From positions 2,319-66,318 of the forward strand of contig CAXFOB010000016.1 of the NCBI GenBank assembly GCA_964004625.1: a stretch of DNA of 64,000 nucleotides, in the 5' to 3' direction. The notes below the pieces were generated by a model. That model searched no databases. It saw only the letters and a list, made by a program, of their open reading frames with translations, and was not told where the DNA came from. Positions within the stretch are counted from its first letter, which is position 1; the number at the start of each line of letters is the position of its first letter. Origin of the DNA: an uncultured Flavobacteriales bacterium. Its GTDB lineage: Bacteria; Bacteroidota; Bacteroidia; Flavobacteriales; BACL11. Shown one piece after another: positions 52,461 through 62,558 of this stretch. The position numbers were made by a program, and so were the translations under genes.

Positions 52461-53087
52461 ATGAAAACTTTAGTAAAAACTTTAACACTTTTAACATTCC
52501 TTAGTAATTGTACAACTGAAGGGAAGGAAACTCAAAACACCAGAATAAACATAAAAGAGGAAGTGGTTTTTACTCCTGAAAACTTTGCAGACAGTCTTAG
52601 TGTGGCTTCTATCAAACTCACTGAAACAAGGGTTGTTTACACTCCCAATTATGTAGGAATAGATTATCCTATGGGAGATGTACCAGTAAATACTGGTGTT
52701 TGTACAGATGTAATTATAAGAGCATATAGGGCCATGGGAATTGACCTACAGAAAGAACTTCATGAAGATATAAAAAACTTTCCTAATAGATATCCAAACA
52801 TTGATAGAGCAGATCATAATATTGATCATAGAAGAGTTCCTAATCTTTCCAAATTTTTTACAGAATATGGAGAAGTTTTAGATGTATCTAATAACACAAA
52901 CAACTACAAAGCGGGAGATATTATATATTGGAAATTAGGTGGAACCACAGACCATATTGGAATTGTAACCCACCTTAAAAATAAAAACGGGACACCTCTT
53001 ATAGTTCATAATATTTGCTGTGGACAAAATCTAGAAGACTGTCTTTTTGACTACCCTATCTACAAACATTTTAGGTTTAGAAAGTGA
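52461..53087 (+). CDS. DUF1287 (YijF-like) lipoprotein
   Basis: Lipobox LSNC; YPMGDVP...GVCTDVIIRAYR, NIDHRRVPNL, GDII.W, HIGIV. Confidence 0.85.
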   Translation: MKTLVKTLTLLTFLSNCTTEGKETQNTRINIKEEVVFTPENFADSLSVASIKLTETRVVYTPNYVGIDYPMGDVPVNTGVCTDVIIRAYRAMGIDLQKELHEDIKNFPNRYPNIDRADHNIDHRRVPNLSKFFTEYGEVLDVSNNTNNYKAGDIIYWKLGGTTDHIGIVTHLKNKNGTPLIVHNICCGQNLEDCLFDYPIYKHFRFRK

Positions 53088-54365
53088 TTATTTTATTAGC
53101 ATAACATCACCTATTTTCTTGCGTGTTTCTCCTAATTCATCCTCAATAATAATAGCCCACGCATACTTTCCAGCAATGGCATTCTCACCACTCCATCCAT
53201 CTCCTACGTCATTAGTTTTAAATACTTCTTCTCCCCATCTATCATAAACCACAAAAGTATAAGATTTGTATTTTGCCATTCGTAAACCTTTCGGTATAAA
53301 TACTTCATTCTTTCCGTCTTTGTTTGGAGAAAAACTATTTGGAACATACAATAAGAAATCATAATAAACCGTAATGGAATGAGAAATAGAATCCATACAA
53401 TTATTAGTATCTAATACAGTTAGCATTACCTCATAAATTCCTGGATTTGAAAACACATGTATTGGGTTTTCTATAGTAGTATCTCTACCATCTCCAAAAT
53501 CCCATAATAACGGAATTGCGTCTACAGATTTATTTGTAAATGTAATTTCCGGATTAAGAGTAGATGCAGAATACGGATAATATTCAAACTCTGCTTTGGG
53601 TAGATGATAAATTTGTAAATTCTTGCTAATTGAATCCTCACATCCTGCATCCGATTGTACTATTAAAGTAACATTATATAAATCTACCTCAGAATACAGA
53701 TGAGAAACAGTAGGTCCTGCATTATAACTTCCGTCGCCTAAGTTCCAAATCCAACTTACTATATTGCCTGTAGAAATAGTAGAAGCGTCTATTAAATTAC
53801 TTTCACTCTTAAAACAGATTCCATCAATCCAAAAGTCTGGATTAGGTTTGGGATTAAAATATACATCTATATTATTAGATATATTTTTGCATCCATTCGT
53901 ATCAGATACTAACACAAAATAGTTTCCGCTAGTAAATACATCTATACTATCTGTATTAAGTCCATTACTCCATATTAAAGATGTATACATTGAGTCGGAG
54001 ATTAAGGTCATAGAATCTCCTTCACATAATGTGGTATTACCAAGAGAATAAACAAACGGGGTTGGTTTCGGATATACTTCCACTAAAATACTATCTTTTC
54101 CTGTACATAAATTAGCATCAGTTTCTAGAACATGGAGCCAAAACACACCTGGAGTGTTAAGGTCAATTAAGATGTGCTCTGTTCCATTTCCAGAAGTGAT
54201 AGTTGCAATACTTTGTGTGCCAATAGTCCAATTATAAGTGGACCCAGTTGAAAAAGGAACAGCAAAATGTTGCGCAGTATCTCCTTCACAAAGGCGAATA
54301 ATATTTTGTGCCGATAAGGAAGTCTGCAACAAGAAGAAAAATAATATGTATTGTAGTTTTTTCAA
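53088..54365 (-). CDS. PKD-domain protein with T9SS type-B C-terminal domain
   Basis: Signal peptide, PKD-like N domain, WNLGDG/WDFGDG PKD domains, VPNSFSPNKDG.N..F...YDRWG...GWSG...G.Y...G.V.LIK. Confidence 0.9.
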   Translation of the reverse strand: MKKLQYILFFFLLQTSLSAQNIIRLCEGDTAQHFAVPFSTGSTYNWTIGTQSIATITSGNGTEHILIDLNTPGVFWLHVLETDANLCTGKDSILVEVYPKPTPFVYSLGNTTLCEGDSMTLISDSMYTSLIWSNGLNTDSIDVFTSGNYFVLVSDTNGCKNISNNIDVYFNPKPNPDFWIDGICFKSESNLIDASTISTGNIVSWIWNLGDGSYNAGPTVSHLYSEVDLYNVTLIVQSDAGCEDSISKNLQIYHLPKAEFEYYPYSASTLNPEITFTNKSVDAIPLLWDFGDGRDTTIENPIHVFSNPGIYEVMLTVLDTNNCMDSISHSITVYYDFLLYVPNSFSPNKDGKNEVFIPKGLRMAKYKSYTFVVYDRWGEEVFKTNDVGDGWSGENAIAGKYAWAIIIEDELGETRKKIGDVMLIK

Positions 54366-54374
54366 TTCTTTATA

Positions 54375-55949
54375 TTACCAATGGTTAATAGGTCCTGTAG
54401 TTGGTAGTGCATAAATTTCTAGAATTACTGTTGTAGGAGGACTCTGACATCCATTCTGGCTTTCTGTTACATAATAAGTATATATACCCACCGCAGTTTG
54501 TCCTGTAGCAAAAGGAGAATTTGTACCAACCATATTTGTAAGAGCCGCGTCATTATACCAACTAAATGAAGTACCAACACCTGTTGCTGTTAAATCCGGT
54601 ACAGCAGAACCAAAACAGGTATTTACATTAGATGCGATAGGTAAAGAATTAAATGCATTAATTGTTAAAGTTACAGGAGTTGCAATACTCTCACAACCAT
54701 TTACATTCGTCTCTGTTACATAATAAGTATATACCCCCGCTGTGGTTTGTCCTGTTGTAAAGTAAGTGCCTGTACCAACCACATTCGTTAGAGATGCATT
54801 AGAATACCATATAGAATTAGTTCCACTAGAAACTAAGTCAGGAATAATGCCACCGACACAGGCTGTCTCATTATTAGCAATAGGCGCAGTTGGTAAAGCG
54901 TATATTTCTAAAGTAGCTACAGAAGTAATACTTTCACATCCATTTAGATCTGTTGTAGTCGCATAATAAGTATATATTCCTACGGAATTTTGTCCTGTAG
55001 AAAGGGTATTGCCTGTCCCTACTTGTGCGGTAAGTGTAGAATCCGAATACCAGGTAATATTAGTTCCAGTAGATGTTAAATCTGGAATTATACTTCCAAA
55101 ACATGCTGTTTGATTAGAAACAGAAGGAGATGATGGTAAAGAGTATATTTCTAAAGTGGCAGAAGTTGCTGCACTCTCACAACCATTTACATCTGTAGTT
55201 GTTGCATAATAAGTATATATTCCCGCTGCAGTTTGTCCTGTTGCAAAGTTGGATCCTGTTCCTACTTGAGAAGTAAGTGTAGGATTAGAATACCAGGTAA
55301 TATTAGTACCAGTAGCTGTTAAATCTGGAACAGAAGATGAAAAACAAGTAGTTTGGTTTGTAGCAACTGGCGCTGGAGGAACCGCATATATCTCTAAAGT
55401 AACAGGAACTGAAGGTCCTTCACATCCATTTAATGTTTCAGTTACATAGTAAGTATACAATCCTACTACATTTTGTCCTGTAGCAAAATTATTTCCAGTT
55501 CCTACTTGTGTAGTTAGATTAACATCCGAATACCAAATAACATTACTCCCGATTGCGGTTAAATCCGGGATTGTACTTCCAAGACAAGCTGTTTGACTGG
55601 TACCAATAGTTGCTGTAGGTAATGGATTAACAGTTACATCTACTGTAATTGGAAGACCAATGCAACCATCTGCATCTGTTTCAATTACAGAAACAATATA
55701 TACACCTGGAGTAACCCCCCAATTTATTGTTATATTATCAGTAGTCGATCCATTAATAATAGTTCCTCCTCCAGTTAGACTCCATTGATAAGTAGATCCT
55801 GGAGTTGGAGGATTGATTAAATACGGTTCAACAGAACCTGCACATACCGTTTGAAACGGGGATGTGTTTGTTTGAGCAAACATCACGCTAGATGTAAGTA
55901 AGAATATTCCTAAGAATATTCGATGTAATAATTTGTTTTTTGTTTTCAT
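54375..55949 (-). CDS. Secreted Ig-like repeat protein without T9SS CTD (ends PTTGPINHW)
   Basis: Signal peptide (MFA|Q), PKD-like N domain, five ~82-aa repeats C.G..PDL...G....WY....L...VGT...TGQ...G.YTYY.....GC. Confidence 0.85.
   Translation of the reverse strand: MKTKNKLLHRIFLGIFLLTSSVMFAQTNTSPFQTVCAGSVEPYLINPPTPGSTYQWSLTGGGTIINGSTTDNITINWGVTPGVYIVSVIETDADGCIGLPITVDVTVNPLPTATIGTSQTACLGSTIPDLTAIGSNVIWYSDVNLTTQVGTGNNFATGQNVVGLYTYYVTETLNGCEGPSVPVTLEIYAVPPAPVATNQTTCFSSSVPDLTATGTNITWYSNPTLTSQVGTGSNFATGQTAAGIYTYYATTTDVNGCESAATSATLEIYSLPSSPSVSNQTACFGSIIPDLTSTGTNITWYSDSTLTAQVGTGNTLSTGQNSVGIYTYYATTTDLNGCESITSVATLEIYALPTAPIANNETACVGGIIPDLVSSGTNSIWYSNASLTNVVGTGTYFTTGQTTAGVYTYYVTETNVNGCESIATPVTLTINAFNSLPIASNVNTCFGSAVPDLTATGVGTSFSWYNDAALTNMVGTNSPFATGQTAVGIYTYYVTESQNGCQSPPTTVILEIYALPTTGPINHW
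54400..55610 (-). repeat. Five ~82-aa Ig-like tandem repeats
   Basis: PDLT/WYS/TGQ/YTYY/NGCE motifs recur five times; boundaries approximate. Confidence 0.85.
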
Positions 55950-55980
55950 GACCTTAACATTTAATTGATTAATATTTATT

Positions 55981-57846
55981 TTAATTATGATTTATTGGTT
56001 GTGTGGCTACAATAGAAATAGGCACCAAAACTACTGGAGACCATGGTCCTGCGTTACAGCCATTATCTTCTTTTACTTTGACTCTAAACTGAGTAGTAGA
56101 AGATATGTTATTATATATTTGTGGATTTGATGTTGACATACCAGGGCTTGTCATATTTATCCACCCTCCTCCATTATTAAACTGAAATCTATACCTATTT
56201 ACTGGAAGAGAAGTAGAAGCTGTAAGTATAATACTCTCACCTAAACATGCAGGATTAGGAATAGTTGAGAGAGTAGCTGTTGGAAGAGGATTTACTGTTA
56301 TTGTTACTACATCTGTTGCAACACAACCACCTGAATTAAATGTGCATGTATAGGTTGTTGAAGATGTAATCCCAGAACTAAAAATTGGATTTGGAACATT
56401 AGGGTCAACAAAATCAGATGCTGGACTCCAAGAATAGTTTCCGATAGATGAAGAAGTTGCACTTAATGAATTTGGAACAGCTCCACTACAAATTGTCTGA
56501 CTACCACTTGTAGTAACAGAAACATTAGAAGGTCCTCCAACAATTGCAGTTTCTGTAGCAGTACAGCCGTTAGCATCAGTAATTGTCATTGTATATGTTC
56601 CTGCTGATAGATTTGTTGCAGTCTGTGTAGTTTGTCCATCAGACCATAAATAAGTAACTGGTGTTGCTACCGAACCGGTAACAACAATAGTGTAATCTTC
56701 TGTTTCACCAAAGTAGGCACTTTGGTAATCACACGCTAATGATTGATTAGTATTTTGATGCTGATAGTTTTGAGCAACAATTCTCATTCTACTTTGTCCA
56801 GGTATTGCCGCAAATGGAACGGTAATTGGAATAGTATGAGTTGAAGGACTTTGAGTAGGATTTACTTGTCCAACTAACTCGTTGATATCATTAAAATCTC
56901 CATCAATATTCCAATCAATATATATATTAGCTCTATCTTCCAAATATTGAGCAGACCCATTCATACCAGCAAAATTACATGTACCTAAATCTAGAGTCAG
57001 ATTATAAGTATTTCCAGGAGTAACATCTGCAGACATGGAAGTAAAATCAAAATATTCTGTATTAGGACAAGTAGTATTATTATTTATCACATTAACATCT
57101 CCAATAAAATTTACATTAGTTATGGTAGAATATTGGTGAGAATTATATAAAGAATTAGGGCCAGAAAGACAATAATTATTTAATGCAGAAGCACCAACAC
57201 CAGTAATATTTACGGTAGCATATCCACTTTGAGTACAAGTCGCATCTATAACTGTAGTAGATAAATTAATTGGTGCAAATTGACTTATTCCAAAACTCTC
57301 TATTCCACAAGATTGTCCATCTGCAAAAACTTCATAAGTATGAGAACCTCCACACATATTTGTAAAAGTTTGATTAGCTGTTACGGATGATAATCCATCT
57401 ACAGAATAAGTGTAATTTGTAGGAACAATACCTCCTGTTAAATTTAAACTTAAAGATACATTACACTCGTTCGGACACGCTTGAGTTGGAGAAGATTGAA
57501 TATTGGAACTCGGCATCCTTATCTCAAAAGTATCTGAATACATTACACTTGGACATGAACTATAATAAGGAGAAGACGCGGTAATCACATAAAAACCCGC
57601 TTCTAAATCAACTCTCGAAGTGTTTGCTAGTGGTCCTCCAGTATTGAAAAAAACACCAGTTTGAACATTTTGCCAGGAATAATTTAGATAAGTAGCCTGT
57701 ATAATTTGTGCTGCCCCAACCGCTCCGCCATTCGGACAAATAATATGACTAATATTTGCAGTGTCAACAACTATACTACACTGAGAATGTAAGTTATTGG
57801 TACTTAAAATGAAAAGTATTAATAATATTTCTAAGTAATATTTCAC
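55981..57846 (-). CDS. Secreted GEVED + SprB-repeat protein without T9SS CTD (ends ATQPINHN)
   Basis: Signal peptide; YIDWN.DGDF.D..E...RMRI...GETEDY (GEVED); YLWSDGQTTQTATNLSAGTYT.TITDANGC (SprB). Confidence 0.85.
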   Translation of the reverse strand: MKYYLEILLILFILSTNNLHSQCSIVVDTANISHIICPNGGAVGAAQIIQATYLNYSWQNVQTGVFFNTGGPLANTSRVDLEAGFYVITASSPYYSSCPSVMYSDTFEIRMPSSNIQSSPTQACPNECNVSLSLNLTGGIVPTNYTYSVDGLSSVTANQTFTNMCGGSHTYEVFADGQSCGIESFGISQFAPINLSTTVIDATCTQSGYATVNITGVGASALNNYCLSGPNSLYNSHQYSTITNVNFIGDVNVINNNTTCPNTEYFDFTSMSADVTPGNTYNLTLDLGTCNFAGMNGSAQYLEDRANIYIDWNIDGDFNDINELVGQVNPTQSPSTHTIPITVPFAAIPGQSRMRIVAQNYQHQNTNQSLACDYQSAYFGETEDYTIVVTGSVATPVTYLWSDGQTTQTATNLSAGTYTMTITDANGCTATETAIVGGPSNVSVTTSGSQTICSGAVPNSLSATSSSIGNYSWSPASDFVDPNVPNPIFSSGITSSTTYTCTFNSGGCVATDVVTITVNPLPTATLSTIPNPACLGESIILTASTSLPVNRYRFQFNNGGGWINMTSPGMSTSNPQIYNNISSTTQFRVKVKEDNGCNAGPWSPVVLVPISIVATQPINHN

Positions 57847-57868
57847 AAATAAATCTTATATCTTAATA

Positions 57869-57876
57869 CAAAGATA
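57869..57876 (-). promoter_or_regulatory. -7 element TATCTTTG for the three-gene surface-protein operon
   Basis: TAnnTTTG match 22 nt before the GTG at 57846. Confidence 0.6.
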
Positions 57877-57885
57877 TAAAATATA

Positions 57886-59154
57886 CTACTCTATAGGAGA
57901 TAAATGATAATCCTTATAAATACACATCCTTACATCAGTATTTATATAACCTCCATTGTTTGAAAACTTTATAAATGAAAATTGTCTTTTATCAGAACAA
58001 AAATGCATGATCGACCTAAAAGATAATAATGAGTAATCATCCATTTGATGAGAAAAATTTGATTCAAACTGATGTAACAACCTCCTATTTTTAGTAGAAT
58101 GTCTATCAAAATAATTAGAAACAGGAATATGAACATTTAATTTCATTAATGTCTCTGTATTTAATTCTAAAACGTCCTTTAATGGTTCTTGCGCATATAT
58201 AGTAATTAAAGAATCAGAGGCTCCGCAAAATGTAACCACCTTTTTTATAAATGGTTTATTTTCAGATAAGATTAAAACAACATTCTCTTGATCACTTAAA
58301 AAACCAAAAGAACTTTTATTTACTGAAGATAAATTTCTAAATTCTTTATGGACAATCCCTGGAAAAGTAGTAAATAATCTATTCTTAAGTACAAAATATT
58401 CTGATTTTTTACTTTCCTGTTCGTTAGAAACAATGATTAATTTTTTCTTTGTCTCATTCTTAATAATACACCTTACTAAAGAATCTTTATGTTGTTTTAT
58501 AAAAGGTGTTAAAAAATAAACATTTTTAGATTCTTGTAAAAGAGTATAATTTCTTGACAATGGATTTATAATTACTTTATTATAATCTTTTCTGAAAAAA
58601 TTTCTAACTAAATTAAAATTCTTTAAATAGATAGGTCCAAAAATAATATTTGATGACTTTACTCTGATATCAGTGATAATTTTTTTAAGAGTATCTAAAT
58701 TATTTTCGGTATCAAAAACATGGATAACAACTGGAATCCCTAACTTTTCTAATGTATCTACAGACAATAATATTCCTTCGAGAAAACTAATTGCTAAGTT
58801 TGATTTATTATATATCTGATGAGTATCCTTCTGATTTTCTCTTAAATATTTCAATAATGTAGTGTTTTTATCAATATAAAAAGGAAGTAATACTGAAATA
58901 GTTATAGTATCTTTTATAATGGTAAATACAGAATCAGAACTATGTATAACATCTGAATTATGTAGATTTTTTTGTTGAATCTTAGGAATAATTAATTTAG
59001 GTTCTCTCTTATTTTTTTTTATTTCTTCATTATCAAGAGTCTTTGCTTTTCCACTAGGAGAGTGATATCCAAATTTAATCTTTTCTTGAGCAAAAGTAAT
59101 ATTCATTAAAAAAACGAATATAAAACATAATATATTACTTTTACTAAATCTCAT
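57886..59154 (-). CDS. Periplasmic-binding-protein-type (PBP1-like) exported protein
   Basis: Signal peptide; VLLPF, F.EG.LL..D.L...G.....VFDT, IIFGPIY, NPLS; sits downstream of guaA like the LysM-PBP1 proteins of Bacteroidota. Confidence 0.65.
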   Translation of the reverse strand: MRFSKSNILCFIFVFLMNITFAQEKIKFGYHSPSGKAKTLDNEEIKKNKREPKLIIPKIQQKNLHNSDVIHSSDSVFTIIKDTITISVLLPFYIDKNTTLLKYLRENQKDTHQIYNKSNLAISFLEGILLSVDTLEKLGIPVVIHVFDTENNLDTLKKIITDIRVKSSNIIFGPIYLKNFNLVRNFFRKDYNKVIINPLSRNYTLLQESKNVYFLTPFIKQHKDSLVRCIIKNETKKKLIIVSNEQESKKSEYFVLKNRLFTTFPGIVHKEFRNLSSVNKSSFGFLSDQENVVLILSENKPFIKKVVTFCGASDSLITIYAQEPLKDVLELNTETLMKLNVHIPVSNYFDRHSTKNRRLLHQFESNFSHQMDDYSLLSFRSIMHFCSDKRQFSFIKFSNNGGYINTDVRMCIYKDYHLSPIE

Positions 59155-60690
59155 TTATTCCCATTCTATAGTAGCAGGTGGTTTAGATGAAATATCATAC
59201 ACCACTCTATTAATTCCCTTTACTTTGTTAATTATTTCATTAGATACTTTTGATAAAAACTCGTAAGGAAGGTGCACCCAATCAGCAGTCATTCCGTCAG
59301 TAGATTCAACCGCTCTAAGTGCTACCGCATTTTCATATGTACGCTCATCTCCCATAACTCCTACTGATTGAATAGGTAAAAATATCGCCCCTGCTTGCCA
59401 TACTGAATCATATAAGCCTTCTTTCTTTAAGGAAGTAATGAAAATAGAATCTACCTCCTGAAGTATTCTTACTTTTTCTGAAGTAACATCTCCTAAAATT
59501 CTGATTGCTAATCCAGGACCAGGAAAAGGATGTCTTCCTAAAAGTTCTGGATCAATACCCATGGATTTCCCTATTCTTCTTACTTCATCTTTAAATAAGG
59601 TTTTTAGTGGTTCTACAATCTTTAACTTCATATAATCTGGCAAACCACCAACATTATGATGAGATTTAATAGTCGCAGAAGGCCCTCCTGTAGCAGAAAC
59701 AGATTCAATAACATCAGGATATATTGTTCCTTGCGCAAGCCACACTACATCTTTAATTTTGTTTGCCTCATCATCAAACACATCTATAAATTTATTACCA
59801 ATCGCCTTTCTTTTCTTTTCAGGATCCGAGATCCCGGACAATACATTATAAAATCTATCTTTTGCATCCACTCCTTTTACATTTAGTCCCATTCCATGAT
59901 ATTGTTTTAAAACAGATTCAAACTCATCCTTTCTCAATAATCCATTATCAACAAATATACAATACAGATTATCTCCAATAGCCTTGTGTAATAACACAGA
60001 TGCCACAGTAGAGTCTACTCCACCAGAAAGTCCTAAAACTACTTTATCATTTCCTAATTTTTGTTGTAGTTCTGCAACAGTATCCTCTACAAAAGAGATT
60101 GGGGTCCAATCTTGGGCACATCCCGCAATATCTATTAAAAAGTTATGTAATAATTGTTGACCATCAGTCGAGTGGTAAACTTCAGGGTGAAATTGAATAG
60201 CAAAAGTTGATTCATCTTGTACTTTATATGCAGCAACTTTTACATCTTTTGTACTTGCAATTACTTCAAAATTATCTGGTAAACTTGAAATAGTATCTCC
60301 ATGACTCATCCAAACCTGAGAATTATCTGGAATACTTTTTAATAAAGGGCTTTCATGATTTACATAAGATAAATATGCCCTTCCATATTCTCTAATTTTA
60401 GAAGGCAAAACCTCCCCTCCATTACTTTTAACTAAATACTGAGCTCCATAACATACTCCTAACAAAGGGATCTTACCACTAATATTTTCCAAATTTGGTT
60501 TAGGACTATTATCATCTCTTACTGAAAAAGGACTACCTGACAACACAACCGCTTTAACGTTATCATCTAACTCTGGAATATTGTTAAATGGATGGATCTC
60601 ACAATAAATATTTAACTCTCTAACTCTTCGCGCAATAAGCTGTGTGTATTGAGACCCAAAATCTAGAATAATGATTTTTTCGTGTGTCAT
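59155..60690 (-). CDS. guaA: GMP synthase (glutamine-hydrolysing)
   Basis: [49 protein letters not shown]. Confidence 0.98.
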   Translation of the reverse strand: MTHEKIIILDFGSQYTQLIARRVRELNIYCEIHPFNNIPELDDNVKAVVLSGSPFSVRDDNSPKPNLENISGKIPLLGVCYGAQYLVKSNGGEVLPSKIREYGRAYLSYVNHESPLLKSIPDNSQVWMSHGDTISSLPDNFEVIASTKDVKVAAYKVQDESTFAIQFHPEVYHSTDGQQLLHNFLIDIAGCAQDWTPISFVEDTVAELQQKLGNDKVVLGLSGGVDSTVASVLLHKAIGDNLYCIFVDNGLLRKDEFESVLKQYHGMGLNVKGVDAKDRFYNVLSGISDPEKKRKAIGNKFIDVFDDEANKIKDVVWLAQGTIYPDVIESVSATGGPSATIKSHHNVGGLPDYMKLKIVEPLKTLFKDEVRRIGKSMGIDPELLGRHPFPGPGLAIRILGDVTSEKVRILQEVDSIFITSLKKEGLYDSVWQAGAIFLPIQSVGVMGDERTYENAVALRAVESTDGMTADWVHLPYEFLSKVSNEIINKVKGINRVVYDISSKPPATIEWE

Positions 60691-62222
60691 TTTAATTTAG
60701 TTTGTGGTGACAAAATTAAGAAATTTGTATCGAGTGGGTCTAATTCTGCCTTTAATGTTGTAATAAATTTTTCACCATACTTTGTATAATATGGAATGAT
60801 ATTATCAAATCGTTCTTGCAATATATTATTTGGAAACAATTTTTGTTTTATCTTACTTATCTTTCTTAATGACACATCATATTTTTCCTTCTCAAGTTTC
60901 AACAACTTTTTTTCTAGTTTTTGTAATGAATTAAAATGTTTTTTACTTTCAGAAGAAATAGAATTTTTCATACTATTATCCTTTACCTTCTCTAAAATAC
61001 TCTCATATATATTTATCATTTTTGATTTCTCTTCTTGTAAATTAAAAGATGATTGTTTAAGTACGAATTTCTTATGTAAGTTGTCTTCACTCTGAAAAAT
61101 ATCCTTTATTTCAAATCCTAATTCCGTCCATTTTACATAGTCTTTCTCTTCTATCCACATGACAGAATTTCGTAAAACTAATACTGGAAAAACAATCTGT
61201 TGAACTTTAAATAAGGATTTTAACTGCATCCAATACGAAATCTCTGCTCCTCCACCAATATATGCTAAGTTTGGTAGAATCAACTCCTGAAACAAAGGTC
61301 GAATAAGTACATTTGGACTAAATCTTTCAGGGTATTGTTCTATCTCTAATTCTGAAATATTCCCATTTATTCGTATTCTACTAGATTCAGATAATTTGAA
61401 AAAATTAATTTCTCGAACATTCGCTTGAGTTTTATACAACTTTGCATTTTCTGAAGTATTCTGAGAAAGAAAAGGAAATAAGGATTGATTGATAACATCC
61501 TCTTTTATAATAGGAATAAGTTTCTTCTTTAAATCTTTATCGTTTGCATCTAAAATTACAATACCATACTTACCAAAAAGTTCATTAACTAAAAATCTTG
61601 TTGCTTCGGACAATGAATGATTATCATAACAAATCCTTAATCTCTGCATTAAATTTTCAGAATATTCTGATTTTCCCACAACAGAAAAAATTTCATCTAT
61701 TAATTTATTAACTTGTTTGGTGTTAAAATCACCAACCATACCCCTATCATCAGTTTTCCACTCATACTTATTATTATAGATATTTACATGGTTCACCTCG
61801 AAGAAGTCATGGTCTTCAGATGCCATCCAAAAGATAGGAATAAATTTTTTCTCTGGAAAGGACTCTTGTAACTTTTCTGTTAAATTTATTGTAGATAAAA
61901 TTTTATAAATAAAATACAATGGACCTGTAAAAGTACAAAGTTGATGTCCTGTTGTAATGGTAAATGTATTTTTATGTTTAATGCTTTCAATATTTCTTTT
62001 AGATTTACCTGAGAGGTCTAGATTCTCATTCTGTTTCAATAAAACTAAGTGTAATAATTCTCTATCTATATTTTGGGAAGATTTCTCATTGATCTGTTCT
62101 GAAAACTCTGACAAATCTGGATATCTATTAAAAAGTTGTTTTTCTATAATTTTTTCTGTATAATTCTCTACAAGTTTAGAAAAACAAGAAGTGTCTTTAT
62201 ATCTAATTTTATGCACATTCAC
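60687..62222 (-). CDS. bshC: Bacillithiol biosynthesis cysteine-adding enzyme BshC
   Basis: [54 protein letters not shown] 62222 follows TATTTTTG at 62227-62234. Confidence 0.93.
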   Translation of the reverse strand: MNVHKIRYKDTSCFSKLVENYTEKIIEKQLFNRYPDLSEFSEQINEKSSQNIDRELLHLVLLKQNENLDLSGKSKRNIESIKHKNTFTITTGHQLCTFTGPLYFIYKILSTINLTEKLQESFPEKKFIPIFWMASEDHDFFEVNHVNIYNNKYEWKTDDRGMVGDFNTKQVNKLIDEIFSVVGKSEYSENLMQRLRICYDNHSLSEATRFLVNELFGKYGIVILDANDKDLKKKLIPIIKEDVINQSLFPFLSQNTSENAKLYKTQANVREINFFKLSESSRIRINGNISELEIEQYPERFSPNVLIRPLFQELILPNLAYIGGGAEISYWMQLKSLFKVQQIVFPVLVLRNSVMWIEEKDYVKWTELGFEIKDIFQSEDNLHKKFVLKQSSFNLQEEKSKMINIYESILEKVKDNSMKNSISSESKKHFNSLQKLEKKLLKLEKEKYDVSLRKISKIKQKLFPNNILQERFDNIIPYYTKYGEKFITTLKAELDPLDTNFLILSPQTKLK

Positions 62223-62327
62223 AATGCAAAAATACAAATTGTATTTAGTTTAAAAATGTAGATTGATTTTCTTTATTCAGACTTTATTATTTTATACTTT
62301 TGTAAGAAGTAAATCCACAATACTTCT

Positions 62328-62558
62328 ATGTTCAAACAACATAAAAATAAGTCATTTAATTTTTCATCAAGGTATTATGATGAAACAAAAGAAAGAATTA
62401 AAGAATTAAAGGAAGGAAAAAAAGTGAATATAAAGTTTAAAAGCAATCAACATTTATCCTTCACAAAAGGAAGAACTATCAGACTGACAGTGTTGATTCT
62501 AGGATTTTCATTTGTTGCATATTTATTATTATTTCAAAAATCAATACCTTGGATATAA
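62328..62558 (+). CDS. Small hypothetical membrane protein
   Basis: K.F.F..RYY motif and C-terminal TM; TACTTTTG at 62295; overlaps the mutL start. Confidence 0.65.
   Translation: MFKQHKNKSFNFSSRYYDETKERIKELKEGKKVNIKFKSNQHLSFTKGRTIRLTVLILGFSFVAYLLLFQKSIPWI

Noticed and set aside
3403-62163. Many 60-160-aa ORFs nested within or antisense to long genes (e.g. 3403, 8512, 21976, 29465, 40241, 60796)
   Set aside because: They overlap well-supported genes and show no recognisable motifs.
26778-62237. Extended TTG/GTG/ATG starts in the track for fabG, tlpA, NUDIX, ftsH, O-methyltransferase, argS, ctlX, amidinotransferase and bshC
   Set aside because: They fall inside promoter motifs, terminators or neighbouring genes; downstream starts fit better.
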